Counted from the stretch's first letter, positions 25,530 to 40,242 are shown. The stretch: DNA of 64,000 nucleotides from Hamiltosporidium tvaerminnensis FI-OER-3-3 (GCA_022605425.2 CM061248.1:868001-932000), one strand, 5' to 3'. Translations and numbers: made by a program. Notes: generated by a model not told the origin, from the letters alone.

Positions 25530-27040
25530 TTATTTTTTGTCATCTAAATCCAAATTTCTTTTTCTTTTTATAGAAGACAAAGCTCTATTAAAATATTCTA
25601 TTCCTATTTTTAAATCTTCAACGTCGAAATTGTCTTTAAGACACAACATAGCAGCTTCACGAACCACACCACATATTTCAGCACCACTAAGACCATATAA
25701 TTCTAAATCTTTGATATCAAAAGACTCTATCGGAACATCTTTGAGACATTTTTTAAAAATATCATAGCATTCTTCTTTATTTGGCATGGGAACTTCTAAT
25801 TATTTTATCAAAACGACCAGGTCTAAGTAATGCACTATCAATACTGTTTATTCTATTGGTTGCACCAATAATATATACTTCGCCTCGATCTTCAAGTCCA
25901 TCCATCAGTGTCAAAATTTGATTGACTATTCGAGATGTAAATTCATTATTACCTCTTTTGAGACACAAAGAATCGATTTCGTCAAAAAATATTACACAGG
26001 GGGATTGCATTTTTGCAGAATAAAATAAATCGCGTATTTCCTTTTCACTATCTCCAACATATTTACTGATCAATTCTGGTCCTTTGACACTTATAAAATT
26101 ACAGTGACTTAAATTTGAAACTGCTTTTGCCAGCATAGTTTTTACCACATCCTGGCGGCCCGTATAAAAGCACACCGCTTGGCCTATTTATACCCAACCG
26201 CTTAAATTTATGAGGGTATTGCGAGGGTAATATAATACTCATTTGCAATTCAGATTTTACTTCTTCTAAAGCCCCCACATCATCAAATGTGACAGCAGAA
26301 GTCTCCTTTCTCATTTCTTTCAAAGACAAATCTATAATCTCATAATTTAATTCTGTTTTTTCCGCAATACTTTTTGCTATCGATCTTCTAAATAAACGTT
26401 TTAAATCTCCCGGTACAAATCCAGGAGTTCGTTTGGCAATATCATTTAACAAAGAATTATTTAAATCTGGTTTTACTTCTTTAATTAAATCACATATAAT
26501 TTCTCTTCTTTCTTCTTCTGTGGGTATTCTCACCATAATTTCATAATCGAAAATATTTTTTAAATCTTCATTTTTTGTATGAGAAGTACAAATAACGATT
26601 CCGGTATTCATAAGTGAAATATTTTCACGTATTTTTTGTAAAATGGTCAATCTATTTTCCGTTACAAGATGTAAAGAATCAATAAAAATTAAAGAATTTG
26701 GACAAAAAGCTGCTTTCTTGAACATATCAGATACATCTTTAGAAGTTTCTATATTTAAATTGTAAATTGGTAAATTGTACTGTGAAGATATACTATTTAC
26801 CAAATAACTTTTACCAACACCAGAAGGTCCATAAAATAATAAAGATCGAGGTACATCAATATCCGATTTATTGGTCATTAAAGACGCTTTTAAAAATTCA
26901 TTTACTTGTGGTTTTAAATAGTGAAAAGATTTTAAATCACAAAAAAATGGATGTGAAGTGGGAATCGTTGTTTTCTTTAAATGTTCTGATAATATTTTGT
27001 TTCTTATCAATGTGTTATTGTCTTTCTTTGTATGCAACAT
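25530..27040 (-). CDS. RIX7: Rix7/NVL-like type II AAA+ ATPase (60S biogenesis), split by two +1 indels
   Basis: D1 GPSGVGKS with degenerate Walker B (IFIDSL). D2 [32 protein letters not shown]|[45 protein letters not shown]|EVPMP. Extra base in the T5 run at 26139-26143 and near 25798. CCC motif upstream (cttttaCCCttcaattatATG). Confidence 0.85.
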
Positions 27041-30000
27041 ATAATTGAAGGGTAAAAGTTGGTTTTATTTCACTTTTTATTTATTTTTAAAAATTTTATG
27101 AATTCGAAAGATTTTTAGTTAAGAAATATATTTTTTGGTTTAAAATTTTTAATTTTTAAACTACAAAAAATCAATTAGTATCATGAAATATGAAAAACAA
27201 GAATATAAAAATGATTTTAACACGGAATTCAAATTTATCTTGCAATAAAATTATATTTTTTCTTAAATGGAGTAAAGAGCTGATTATTCTGTAGAAAATG
27301 AAATTTTATATTTCAATAGAATTTAAATAACTATGTATTAAACCTATTAAAGGATTAGAATAATGAATGAAAGATATAAAAATGTTTAACACAGAATTTA
27401 ATTGAATAATTTTTATCCGAAATAAAAAAATATTTAGTGTAAAATAACAAATATATGTCTAAGTTTTCATTATTCATATTCTATGTGAAATAAAGAGAAT
27501 GAAGTAGAAATTTTTAATAGTGTTTTCAACTATGGTATACAAAATAAATACAAATTTTCTGTGAAAAATAGTTCATATCGAATAAGAGAAAACAAAATCA
27601 TTATTTTTACAACAGAAAATTATTTTATAGTTAAGTTTATATCCTATTATCTTTAAAATTATTTCTTCAAAAATTTCCAACTTATTTAAACACCAGATTA
27701 AATAAAAATAAAAAACTTAAGAAATAAATTCTTTCAGCCAAATATCTATATAGAGAGTTATTTTTTTGACTTATTTTCATATTTATGGCTGAGAAACAAA
27801 ATTATTCTTTTAAAGTGTAGACTTTTTTCAAAAAGAAATTTATTCTGACAAATCTGAATTTATGAAACTTAAATATTTGAATGTTTTTCGTAATTATTAT
27901 TAAAATATGAATCACATTCAAAGAAGATTGTTTATAAAACTATCTGTCTAGATTTGATGGAAAATACTTAGATATTATGGAAGATATTGAAGGAATAACT
28001 AAACGAGTACTACCGATTGAACTTTTTACGGAAAATTCCAGTTTTTTTTATACATCGCCACGTAATATTGACAAAAAAACATTTCACTAGATCCTCATTT
28101 GAAATATGGTGAGTTTAAGCGCGTACAAAGATTTTAGTTATTTAAAAGGTGCGAATGTTGTCACATTACATGCGCTTGGACGTAATATAATTATTCGGAG
28201 AAAAACTGAAAATAATCCTAGAAAATAATTTTGGATGAATCTTTTTAATATGCAAATGATTAACCGGTACCCCCGGCTTTACATTCGATCTTCATCATCT
28301 GTAGATACTTCCAAGTCTTTATTTAGGATACCAAGGCAAAAATAATCGATAACAAATGTGGCAAACTTGCATGAAAATATTTTTATCAAAGCTGAGCTCC
28401 GTATCTTACAAAAGATATCGAGAAAAAAAAATTTAAACAGACTTATAAAACAGATATATGCCGATTGAACATTTCATTGATTACAGGAAGATTAAGACAT
28501 TTAGTAAATCAAATGCGAGCTAAACGATAATTACTCGCCGTTTTCTATAAATTCCAAAATATATATCTTAAAAATATGGACCAATTTGTTCTAGCAAATC
28601 GTGCTAAGATACAACCAGTCTTAGAACGGAGTAATTGACAAAGTACTGATGTAAGTATTAAGAAGTTGTTTAGGATGAATACCGTTCAATAGAAAAATGT
28701 AGACTTATGAATTTTATTTCAAGTTTATATGTAATAGAATGTCAAAAAACACATATCAAAACATTGAGGTGTCATTTGTGTAAAATAGGTAGATACTTAG
28801 CAAAAGGTATGTTATATAAACTTAACATTTGTAAACTGCCTTGATTAAATATACAGAAATATGTGACTCATATGAAATATCATTCTTTTTCGCGCTCTTG
28901 CTTAAATATGATCCCTGTAATTTAGAATCTTATGAGTAGATTTTGATAGCGATATTAAGACGAAAAAAAGCTGATTCTATTAAGAAAAGCATTTGGAAAT
29001 TTTTTTAGGAAATATATTGATAGCTTTTTAGACCAATGCAACGGAAGCCAGAAAATGATTTACTCAAATAGCACCAAGAAGTATCAATATGATGCATTTC
29101 CTCAACTCGAAAACAAAATGAATGATTAAAAGCTTATTCCGAGAAAAATTCCCTTTTCTTCCGTAGTAGTATATTCTATGATTTATTTGTAATTTAATCG
29201 CTTAATGATAGTTTTATTCTTTCATTGATTTCGCTTATTTACATTCATTCGAATTAGAAGCGACAAGAAACTATTTTAAAGGAAGAACTAGCTTCTATTA
29301 AGAAATCAGGATGTATGAAATTGATCGATGAATTATTTTCAGGATTTATTTGTAATTTTCTAGTTGTAATAAAATGAATAAAGGTGTTAGAAACAACGAT
29401 TCAATACTGCAAATATAATAAAATGTACATATAAGAGTTTTTAAATCTATATTTGAATACAATGATACATTCAAAAGCTTTTAATGCAAAAATTGTACTT
29501 CTGCATATTCAGCCACTTTGATTTTAATTCAAATCTATGATAGAAATGATGTACAATTAAAGAGAGTAATATAGACCGAATAGTAGAATATAATTTTATT
29601 ACGTGTGATAGCTATTATACTAGAAACCTACACAAAATTTAAAATAAATATTACAAAAGTACATTATTCATTGTGCAAAAATATAATATAATTAAAAACA
29701 CGAAGCCTAAAGATAAATAGATATGAATAGTGTAAAATATCAAATACGCTAAAAAAAATCTGATCTCTTTATTTCAAAACAAACTTTTAAAAAACATCTA
29801 AGAAACTTTATAAAATCAATTAATAGTTTCTTGCATATTTTAACCTATTATTTTTTTATTCTAAATACATGAAAATCTCTAATTACAATAGCATTGAGGC
29901 CTGTCTAAAATTTTGCGAAATAATAACAATTTTTAGATAGTTATTAATATAGATCAAAATATATTTTCATACATATTTTTTTAAAATATATTTGTTTAAA

Positions 30001-30379
30001 CATTCAATTGCTCCATTAATACATTCTCTTCGATCTTAAAAGTTTATTATATAAAAGTTTTAGCGAATATTTTAGGTTAAAAAAAAACTAGTGTCTGAAT
30101 GAATAATTTTATTTAAATTGTTATCAAAAAAGACCCAAATTAATACTGCAAAACAAAAATGGAATCAATTCATAATAAAAGTGCTTTAGAAAATATTTAT
30201 AACCAGTAGTTATTTATATAAAAATAAAAAAAAATAAGAAATGAAAGTACTGTAGTGGTTCTTTAAACAAATAGAATTTATAAATTGAATTTTTAATAGT
30301 GATTAAACAAGGAAAAACATTGGCTAAATGCAAGAAAAAATTACAATTTTTATACTCATTAATCCTTATAAAAATTTTT

Positions 30380-30958
30380 TTATTTACCCAGATATCTCTT
30401 AAGTCTATCTTTGAATTGGCTCATCGTTTCCCATCTTTTTTTGTCTAACCATTTTTTCTTCTTCTTTGCCACATTTATAGTATCGGTATTTATTTTTACA
30501 TCCGCTTTGTCATTTTTTTCTATAGTTTCAGGTTGTAGAAAATCATTTGAAAATGTATCAGTTTGCAAATCAGTTGTTGGTTTTTTAAATATCTCTTTTC
30601 TACGCTTCTTATTGTTTCTAGGCTGGCTTTTGTTACTAGAAATCACGATTCGAGCCTTTTTCATTTCATTGATCATGTTATTAACAATATTTAGTACCTC
30701 AGGTACAGAATATTTATAGGTTATTTGCAGCATGAGCTCTTTAACTACATTTTGAGCCACTTTTTCACCAATCAATTTTGTTTCTTTTTCTTCTACGTCC
30801 ACACATGTAATTTGCTCAATAAAATCACTTGATATCAATTTATTTCGGATGACTGCCAAATCCGATTTGGTTTTATTTTCAGATAATGGTTTTTCAAGAG
30901 TATTAGTTGATTTAATTCTGCTTTCCCAAAGCATTATCATCTCTCTGACCTTGACCAT
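30380..30958 (-). CDS. Hypothetical basic protein (192 aa, NLS-like KKRRK/KKKKK)
   Basis: Intact ATG ORF, long for this AT content; no family recognised. Confidence 0.7.
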   Translation of the reverse strand: MVKVREMIMLWESRIKSTNTLEKPLSENKTKSDLAVIRNKLISSDFIEQITCVDVEEKETKLIGEKVAQNVVKELMLQITYKYSVPEVLNIVNNMINEMKKARIVISSNKSQPRNNKKRRKEIFKKPTTDLQTDTFSNDFLQPETIEKNDKADVKINTDTINVAKKKKKWLDKKRWETMSQFKDRLKRYLGK

Positions 30959-31549
30959 TTTTGTTTATAATATAAACAAAATAAATACATTTTTTACATT
31001 TTTTTGTTTATAAAATGTTTCGAGTTGTTTTTTTGTTTTATTAACAAATTCGCTAAAATTAATAAATTTAATATGCAAATTCTAAATTAAAGCAAATTTA
31101 AAATATGAATTTCAATAAACCTAACAATTTCTAACAATGAATAATCGATCTATTCGATAAAAATTAAAAGATATATTAAGTAAAAAATCATATAGGAACA
31201 GATTAATTAAAACTGCAATATTTATACATTGTATTTACTACATATTATCATATTCAAATTTCATGAGTAAAATAAGTAACCATGATTATATTAATCTATT
31301 GGGAATATTCAACCCAAATTTTTTTTTATAAATAAGTCAAATTTTTACCGTGAAAATATTACAATTAGAAGGACCATTGTATTTAATCAATCAAAGCATG
31401 CCCATATAAAGATCTATAAAGTAAATCTGAATAAATATCAGTTAGTGCAAAGAAGTTCTATTTATTTACTTGATCTGCCAAATTTTATAAAAAACAACCA
31501 AAAATTTTATATTTATTAACTATTAATTCGTTTTCGAAAGGCTAAAACC

Positions 31550-32328
31550 CTATGTTCTAGTCATTATTGCTGTTTTTTATAAACAAAAATCTTATTTTAT
31601 ATTCCTTTAATGTTTCTAATTTCCAATATACTTAACTAATTATAAAGTTTGTTGTTCGAAAAACGATTTCTTTTGTAATTCTATTTTGTACCAATGTGCA
31701 TTCAATAAAAATCATCGAAGGTAAAAAATAAAGACCTGGTGTGTTTCCATAAACTCATATTATCATTCCAGTTTTATATGACAAAGAAATATTTACAAAT
31801 TCGAATTTAAAGCAGGATTTTAAGAATATTAATTAATCTTTATGAAGTTTCAGATGTTTATAAAAGTTTAGGGAAAAATTAAATCTAACTTTCAAAAATA
31901 AAATCAAAACATATTCATTATTAAGAAAATTTATAAAAAAAAGCCCATTGGAAAGTATTTCCCCGTAAGTAAGCTTTGATATGTTAACTCTATGTCTGCA
32001 AACAACCTCTGCCAGGAGAATTCAGACTGTGGCAGCAAACTCGACAAAACCTACATTTTTAAATCAAGATATTTTACAGAGTAGGCGTTTTTTAAATAAA
32101 AAAATTACTCATTTATCCTATTCTTCTTTTACCTCTCAGTGCTGAGGATGAACAAATGAAATTTTCTCATTTGCTTCTTTTAATCTGTTGTAACTCGGAT
32201 TATAGAGGATTAGCCTATGGATCTAATGCGTTTTATATCCTACCAGAAACGGAAGCAATAGAATTCACATCAATAATACGCACTCATTGTCAACCATATA
32301 GTTTTTAATGTGGTTATCATCTCCATAC
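31550..32328 (-). mobile_element. Strongly diverged or partial copy of the SINE-like repeat
   Basis: Clear match only at 32270-32328 (cactcattgtcaaccatatagtttttaatgtggttatcatctcc); scattered matches upstream; left limit uncertain. Confidence 0.5.
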
Positions 32329-32577
32329 TATACTCAAATTTAAAAATATAAAATATTAAATATAAAAAAATAGAAAAAAAGAATAAAAAAGAATTAATAT
32401 GTTTTGATAGCGATTTTTAATCTGAATATTGAATTAAAAGTTTTCAACAGCAATTGAAAAGCAACTAACAAAAAACCTAAAGTTATAAAGCTAAGATATT
32501 TTAGTTTATATTAGAAAATAGGTTAAGGCAAATATTTTACGGAATTTAAGCTAATATAATACAATTGATTGCAAAGG

Positions 32578-33306
32578 TGTGAAGTGAGGATAACCACATA
32601 AAAATTTTCTGCTTGGCAATGAGAATGTTAAAGTGGTGTAGGGCACATTGTTTAGATTTTTGGTGGAGATAAAAACACTTTAAATCTTTGGTTGCTCCAT
32701 GGGAGTTGTTATGAGAAGGAGAGGTCTAAAAAATGGCGAAACTTTTTCTAAAAATTTATATATAGTTTTTTATGTAACTAGATTGAGACTGCAGCTGAAC
32801 ATGTAGGTAATTGCCATGTAAAAGCATGAAAACCTGAATTTGCTCACTCGGGTTAGAAGACTTGGCGCCTGGGAGATATAAAAATAAAACCTATTAAAAG
32901 CCGAGAGGCTAAGTAGCAAGTTATGCCTGTTGGTATGATATTGCATTGTCTAGGTAGACCCATGTAAGTCTCTAGAATATATCTTAGCTAGAAAGTTTAT
33001 TGGGTTCATAAAGTGTAGAGTAAGTGGAAATGCTGCATAGTCTTGGGGGGTGCTAAGGGGACCTTCGGCCTTCGATCACACTCCATGCAACGGACGTTAA
33101 CAAACACCAGGCAATCGCCTCGCCTATTAATTATGTTCTGCACACCTGGTAGATGAAAGGCTTTGGGATGTAGGTATCGCATGGGTTACTGATGGAGTGT
33201 TGAGGTAGCAGTTATTTATGTTAAACCTAGAGTTGCGTTAATGTCATAAAAACAAATATAACACTTGCCACTATTTTAAAATGTGTGAATCTTTGAAAGA
33301 AAGTTA
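32578..33306 (+). mobile_element. SINE-like repeat, copy 5
   Basis: Full length; perfect 10-bp flanking direct repeat ATTGCAAAGG (32568-32577 / 33307-33316). Confidence 0.88.
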
Positions 33307-34259
33307 ATTGCAAAGGATTGATAGAAATAAAGCAAAACCCAATCAAAGACATGATTAGATGTTATTTTTTTATTATTTAACAAAATAAAAGGACTGGCGT
33401 AAAGATAAAGATCCCTGACACTCTTACTGAAAGCCTGGAATTCTAAGCCGTGCTGAAACGGTATTTTTTATTTATCTTTCCAGTCCAGCATTAATTCGTT
33501 GGAAAGGTCTCAAGTCATACTCGAATTCGTGCCGAATTAAAATTAAGATATTTATTGGTAAATAATACAAACGTAGGCTGCTTATTCCGATGTTATGAAC
33601 CCCCTGATACCTTTAAATTGATAATATAAGATTAAATAAAGGGATGCTACCATACAGCTTGTAGGCAAAGCGTAAAAAGCTGTAATATAAATACATAAAA
33701 AAAATTTCAAGCAATTTTTTGTGTGTGTCAGGTCAATTATAAGATTATAAACAACCCTTTGTAATTTAGCGTTTCTTTTGAAGTTATACACCTCTATTTA
33801 ATTCTTTCTTACTTTTTATCTAAGAATATTTATAGTGCTTTTGAAATATTTGTTTTCAAAAATGTTTTAAGGTACATTTTGATTTTTTACACTTATGTTA
33901 AAATATTTTAACATTTCATAATCAAATATCAATAAAATGCTATTTATGAAATATTTTTTGTATGTTGTATGAAAATCAAAAAAAAATTGCCCTCAAGATT
34001 TTATAAAGGCTTCAATATGGCTCTCCAGGTAGAAATTTTATAGATCCTTGGTATAACAGAACGTAATACTTTCGCGAGGCTTGTTGTTTTCTTGATATAA
34101 TTTTTTTTATGACGTTATTGCACAAGCCTATTACCTGAAGCATTATATAAATTTTAAAATTTAATATTTCTCTATTTGGTTTTAGCAATTTGCTTTTCGT
34201 GTTTGTCTAGAGTTTATAGTATTTATTATCTTTTATTATCCTTTATTTTATAAATAAGC

Positions 34260-34630
34260 GTCATTGGTGTATGTAAAAAGGGTGTTGTCACCAGTATCCA
34301 CTTTCTAATTTCTTGTTCATTACTTGACACCCACCTAGTTTTGGGAATTTCGAGTAAAAACAGATATATCTGCCCGATAAATCTTACAATAAGAGGATCT
34401 TTTTGGTAGGAAATAGCGAGATTAATGCGTGTTTTGGGTTTTTCTTAATAGGCTTCTTTTTATTACTATTTATGGTACTATATTACATATTATATACATC
34501 GACGACTAATTAAGTTAAATTACTTCTAGAAATTCGTAACCAAACATCATGTGTTGATAAATTGCATAAAAAATAATTTTTTATTTAGTCGAAGGTCACA
34601 TCGCATTTAAATTCTCTACATTTGTTTCGT
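34260..34630 (-). mobile_element. Possible Ty3/gypsy pol relic (end of RNase H / integrase Zn-binding region)
   Basis: VENLNA (cf. GKENVxAD) followed by KLGGCQVMNKKLESGYW* (cf. HLG..K...YWW); weak. Confidence 0.25.
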
Positions 34631-37619
34631 TTATATCCCTTCAAAGTAAAAAGCTCAGAGTGAAACCTTCTCTTTTTATAAAGTCGTTTGTAGAACTAAC
34701 CGTTTTCAAAAGCAGTCAGTACGTTTGCAAAATGTATTATTTATAGGCGACTTTTTTTAGAATTATCAGTATACAAGCATTGAGATTTTCTTAAACTATC
34801 ATGTAATAGATGAAAATATTTAAAACTCAACTTAAAAAGGCCTGTTAGCATAAATACATAATTGATTATAAATGAGCGGAACCTATTCATATATAATTCA
34901 GCCTTCGTGTATTTTCTTAAGATATCGAATCAATATACCCATATATAGATTAAATAAAGAGTCAAGGGCTTTCCCGCAGAAGTAATGAACAAGCTATTTT
35001 TACTCATATAGCAGACCTTATATATTTCGATTTTCTATCCTTGTATTTTTGCCTAAATATTTTTCTGAAAATAAATCAAAAAACTTTGTTTTTTTAAGAT
35101 TTATCAACTAAGTAGACTCACTGAATTCATAGACATTCTAACATAAATATTTATTGCAAAGATTATTTGATGCCCATTGTGGAGAAATAATTTTAAATAC
35201 TTTCGTTTTGATCTATGTAAAGGCTCTACCGGCTTGTTTTGGTATTTTTAAAAAACTTTTGTCTTTATTTCATGTGAAAAGACTTTGTTTATACCTTCAT
35301 CTTTAAAATTATAGTAGGGCGAATTTCAGATGATCGGTCCGCCCTCGAACCTTAAGTGTCATAATTTTAAGGTCAAATGTTTAAGCTCGCAGCACATAAA
35401 GTAGCTAGCCTACTTTTGATAAAAACTGACTTTTAAAATCTCTTAAAGAGTCTCGCAAAATGTCGTGAGCTATTTGATGAAAAAATTTAGAACGATGAGT
35501 TCAGAATTTTCAGTCATGAAAAGATTCATGATATATTACCGATTCTAAAAAAAAGCATAATTAAGTTGATCTTATTCAAAAAACGGATAACCTAAATATT
35601 TACTAAGCAATTATTCTTTCTCATCTTGGATCAAAACCTAAATTTATAGTATAATTAACATGTTTCTGGTCTATTGGTTTTAGATGATTCTTAATTAAGA
35701 TGATAAAGAAAGCTTTTTATATTATTCGCCCTTCTGAATTTGTTATACAATAATCATAGGTTCTTGGGTCATAATCTAAACTCAAAAAATTTTCTTCAAT
35801 TAAACCTATGAAAAAATAAATTTAATATTTTCAATCTTAGGTTAAATTGCAACATTTCCTCGAATTTAGCAACGGAAAAACATCATTCATATATTTATGT
35901 GCATTTTTAGGGAATTTTTGAACTACACTACTTTCTAATCTTATTCAATATGTTTCTATCCGATAATATCCGAGCTTTTTACGGTATATTTCATGATAAA
36001 ATATCTAAATAATTATTATAATAAATTTGTCATACGAAATACAGTAATTTTTAGAGAAAATTAAATTCTTGGTTTTTGTTTCTTTTGTATTCAACACTTC
36101 TATGTAAGAACTTATTGTGAAACCTGCAAACTTCGTCTAAATTTCATATTTTATTTATCATGTGTTCTTCTAAATAGAATACTTTTTCTAGGACTTATTT
36201 AGGGCTGGTTGGCAAAAAATATTCATGAAAGACACGTGAAGCTTAAAATAATCTATTATTATTGGCCTTCATTGTTGTCTTCGGCATTCTCAAACCAATT
36301 ACTTATTTACTTATGCCAAAAATGATGTACGATCAATTTCAGCTTCGATAATTCAAATCATTGTAAGGCACACTAAAACTTTTGTTGGAATCTTTATGAG
36401 CTTCTAAATAAATCAGTACACTTCTAGCATATCTAAATTTAAGCAATCAAATATCGATTAACTAAGTCTAACTGTTACTTTCACAAAATTATAAATACAT
36501 AGATTGGTCTTTTGAAAGTTAATTCAAATATAAAATCTTCAATAAAAGAAAATTCGTCTCTGTAACTATGCTAGGGTATTAAACTAATATTTGTATGCTA
36601 AAACAAATTTGGCTTGATTTTGAAAAAATTCAGAATGCATCAGAAATGGGTAACGGTTCATAGTGAGACATAGTTCATATATTGAAATTTGCATATTTTT
36701 CTCTTATTCAGCTCACTAGTATTTCTAATTTAATTAATTATAATGTTGCAAACATACTTTTTACTGCCTAATGAATTATATTTTAATATAAATAGTAGTG
36801 AAACAGTTTTTTCTACTGTTCTCCAATTTAAATAAAATATAAAGAATATTTATAGGTATGATTTTGAATATTTACTTTAAATGCTAGCTAATTTTGTCCG
36901 CCAAAAAAACATAGTAAGTCATTATATAAATATCGACGCTGTTACTTACCCAATGTTTATTAGTTTTTGATATTACCTTTTCATTTTGATTTTTATAAAA
37001 GTATTTTACAATATTCTTTTAAGGCCATACCATTGTGTCTTATGTATTTTGGTTTTCCATTCCCTATCCATCTCTATTCAGCATTTTTTACCAAACAATT
37101 AAAAATATTATCACATAGAAATAATACGGAATAAAATTACACATTCGATATAAAATCGTTTTTAGGTCGTTGATCATGTAGTGATAATATTTTTTAAGTA
37201 TTAAAAAAGCGTTTTAAACCTCAACCCACAAGCTCCAAGTAAAATATATGTGTACAAATTTACTTTTTATTTTACGAACTATTTTTTTTATAAATTTTCA
37301 TTTCAGTTGTATAAATAAATTTATAGTAACATTTAATGCTAAGGATCGTAAATTCTAAAAAAAATTTTTGTTAAAATTTTTCAGACCCTTGATATCCAAT
37401 CGCACCCAAAAAGGAAATATACCTTGCTCTAGCAAAATAAAAAAATACTTGATTTCTTCGGAGATGATCTTTCTTGTTACAGTTTAAATTATACGAGAAT
37501 ATCTTTCTTGTTTTATCCGACTTAAAGTAGGCTTAATATTTAAGCTTTTCACAATGTTGATATTTTTTAGTAAATGAAGTAATGGCCTGAATTAAGCCAG
37601 AATACTTTAGCATTCATTT

Positions 37620-38060
37620 GACAGGCATAAAGTGATATGCTACAGTACAAGTCATAAATATGTTTTTAAGAAAAAAAAATCGGCTATTCCACTTTAAAAC
37701 ATCACCAAAGTATGATTAGTATGTATAAATAATTAGGTTTTTACCGATCAAAACAACAAGATTGTAATTATTTCATGTAATTAGCATACACATAACCTAT
37801 ATATGCATCTTTAAAATAACTTAAACGACTTTGCAATCCATGAAATATTCACTATAATTAGCCGTTTGTCGCCTTGACATTTTGAACTTGAACCAATTTG
37901 CCTACGACTGAATGTATGTAATGGAATTTTCTGGGACGTTTTGCACCCAACTAGTAAATAATTTATGGGCGGTAATTTCCATTTGAAAGCAGACGGCTAG
38001 GTCGCGTCTGTAAACCATACCATAAAAAGAAAAATATCAAATTAGATATAGATCGTAACT
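37620..38060 (+). mobile_element. Retroviral-type (rve) integrase relic
   Basis: AIPL*N, VFTDQN and FHLKADG*VASVNHTIKRKIS (cf. TDQG, YHPQxDGxxERxNxT) in order. Confidence 0.45.
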
Positions 38061-39292
38061 TAAAAACGATATATCGAATATTTAAATAATGTGATTTTTA
38101 CATATAATAGAAAATAGATGTGTAAAAAGACACTTGTATCTATTTTTTTTCTTCTATCTATCTGGTTTTTATAACAGTCAATCCAAAACCATAATCCATT
38201 CATCCTCGGCACTACATCCCCGTAAGAGTCTTGGTATCACACAGTAATGCCGCTCACTGCTCTCTTTCCGGTAAGTTCGTTTATTTTTTGGGTTTCGTAA
38301 CATTGTGGGTTTAAAAGATAGATTGTTAGCCCTAACCCCAGCCTACAGCCTGAAGGATCAGACCCTTTTATCGCCTCTTATAACAAGCAGAGAATACTCC
38401 AAGCTAATTCTGTACCCAAAATGTTGGGGAACTAAAACCATAATTTTAAACACAAAAAAATTCAAGGGTAACCTTAATACAGTAGGCTTTTGTAACCTTT
38501 TCAAGATTGCAATGCTAAAAAAAAACATATAGCGCCTAGATATTAGCTCGGAAGTGCAAATTAAACATAAATTCGAAGACTTAGGCCATGCCAAACGAAA
38601 ATAATGCATTAAACAAAATTAAATACTTGTATACTTAGCCAAGCATTTTATATGGAACAAAGAAAAAGTTATGGTTGCTATAATTAAAATATCGGTGTGG
38701 ATATAAGGAGCTGAGTAACTTTTCTGACCCTTTTCACAAAAATTCGAGTTTATATATCAATTATAAAATTTAAATAGTTGATATAAAAAAACTTTATGGC
38801 GTTCAAAAAACCTGTTTAAAGGCGTAATAAAGTTTTTTTAAATCTAATTTATTTCGTATTCTTACATCTACACGCATTTTTATTGTTAAAATATTCTTAA
38901 ATAATTTTTTTGGTGGTTGTGAGATACATAGACTGTTTTCTATTCGCGAGATATTAAACAAAAAAAATTCACTTAGGTTATTGTATTTCTTTGGTATTTA
39001 GATAGAAATGGATTAGAAATAAAAGAAGATCTAGTAGATAAAGAGGTTTATTCTGTTCGGAAATCGTTTATAGACCAATTTTTATATTTTTTAAAATAAT
39101 GCATCGTATTAGAAACCGTTGAAAATCATTTTTAAATGATTATGCGATGTTTAATTACATATTTTGATCAAAAACGAGCAATGGGAGAAATTTAAAATGA
39201 CATTGTTATAAAAAAAATATTTAACCTTATTATGTAAATTAAACATTGATTTTTTGACAGAGAAGTATATATTTAGAAAAAAAATTGGTTTT

Positions 39293-39826
39293 ATGGATAA
39301 AAATATAATTTTGAAAAATTTTAGTTCCGAATAGAAGCTATAGAATAGAAACAGAAGTATTCACAGTGCCAAGCACAAGCTCAAATGGGTCTGCTCACAC
39401 CCACGAGATTGTTATAAACAATGATATATTTGTTAATCCTTCTCCTAACCAACAAACGTTGAGCCAAAAATCTTTTAACCAAAACTTAGATATAGAAAAT
39501 AATCTTCATAATTCGAATCGAGAATCTATATCTGAAAACCAAAAAAATTAGTTAGTTTTAAGCTAAAATTTATATATAATTTGTTTTTGTTTTTTCAAAA
39601 TACATTTTTTATGTTTTTATCAGCAACCTCTTCTAATAGTTATATTTTTACGCCAATTTTTTCGCTTTACTATTTGGTAGTTCTTTTTATATTTTATAAA
39701 TATATGAAAGGAAGTAAATGTATTGAATATTATGCTCTAGGTATTTGGATTTTCATTATATTAGCAAATTTATTTTTGCTAAATATATTTATACAAGCTA
39801 TATTAGAGAAACGGTTTATCTTATGA
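39293..39826 (+). pseudogene. Frameshifted paralogue of the 49.6-kb small membrane protein
   Basis: ATG 39293; shifts near 39330 and 39550. C-terminus QNTFFMFLS..IFTPIFSLYYLVVLFIFYKYMKGSK aligns with ENTLFISLS..IFTTVFSLYYMIILFIFYKYMRGSK. Confidence 0.75.
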
Positions 39827-40242
39827 TATTAAAAATTTTAAAGTGAAAAAAATTTATAAATCTTTTTCTTTTTTTATTGATGTTTTGAGTTTAGTTTCAT
39901 AAAAAATCTATTAAATTTATTTTTGGGTTTTTTTTCTAAAAAAGTAAATAGATAAGCAATAATTTGCTTTTGGATTCGATATCATTAGAATAATTCCTTT
40001 AAAAGGTAAAATTTATAAGTATCTATCGAAATTTATTGGAATATAATTTTTATAGTTTATCATTAGTTAAGTGCTGATTTTATAATATTTTTTTAATATT
40101 TTAATTTTCTAAAATTAGCCGTTTGAGTTATTCTATCATATTTCTCTATCTTGCTAAGCACTAAAATATTTTTTTTTTCTTCTCCTTAAATGAGTCAGAA
40201 CTATAATTTTAAATTAATAAATATTTATTTTCTATTCTTTGG

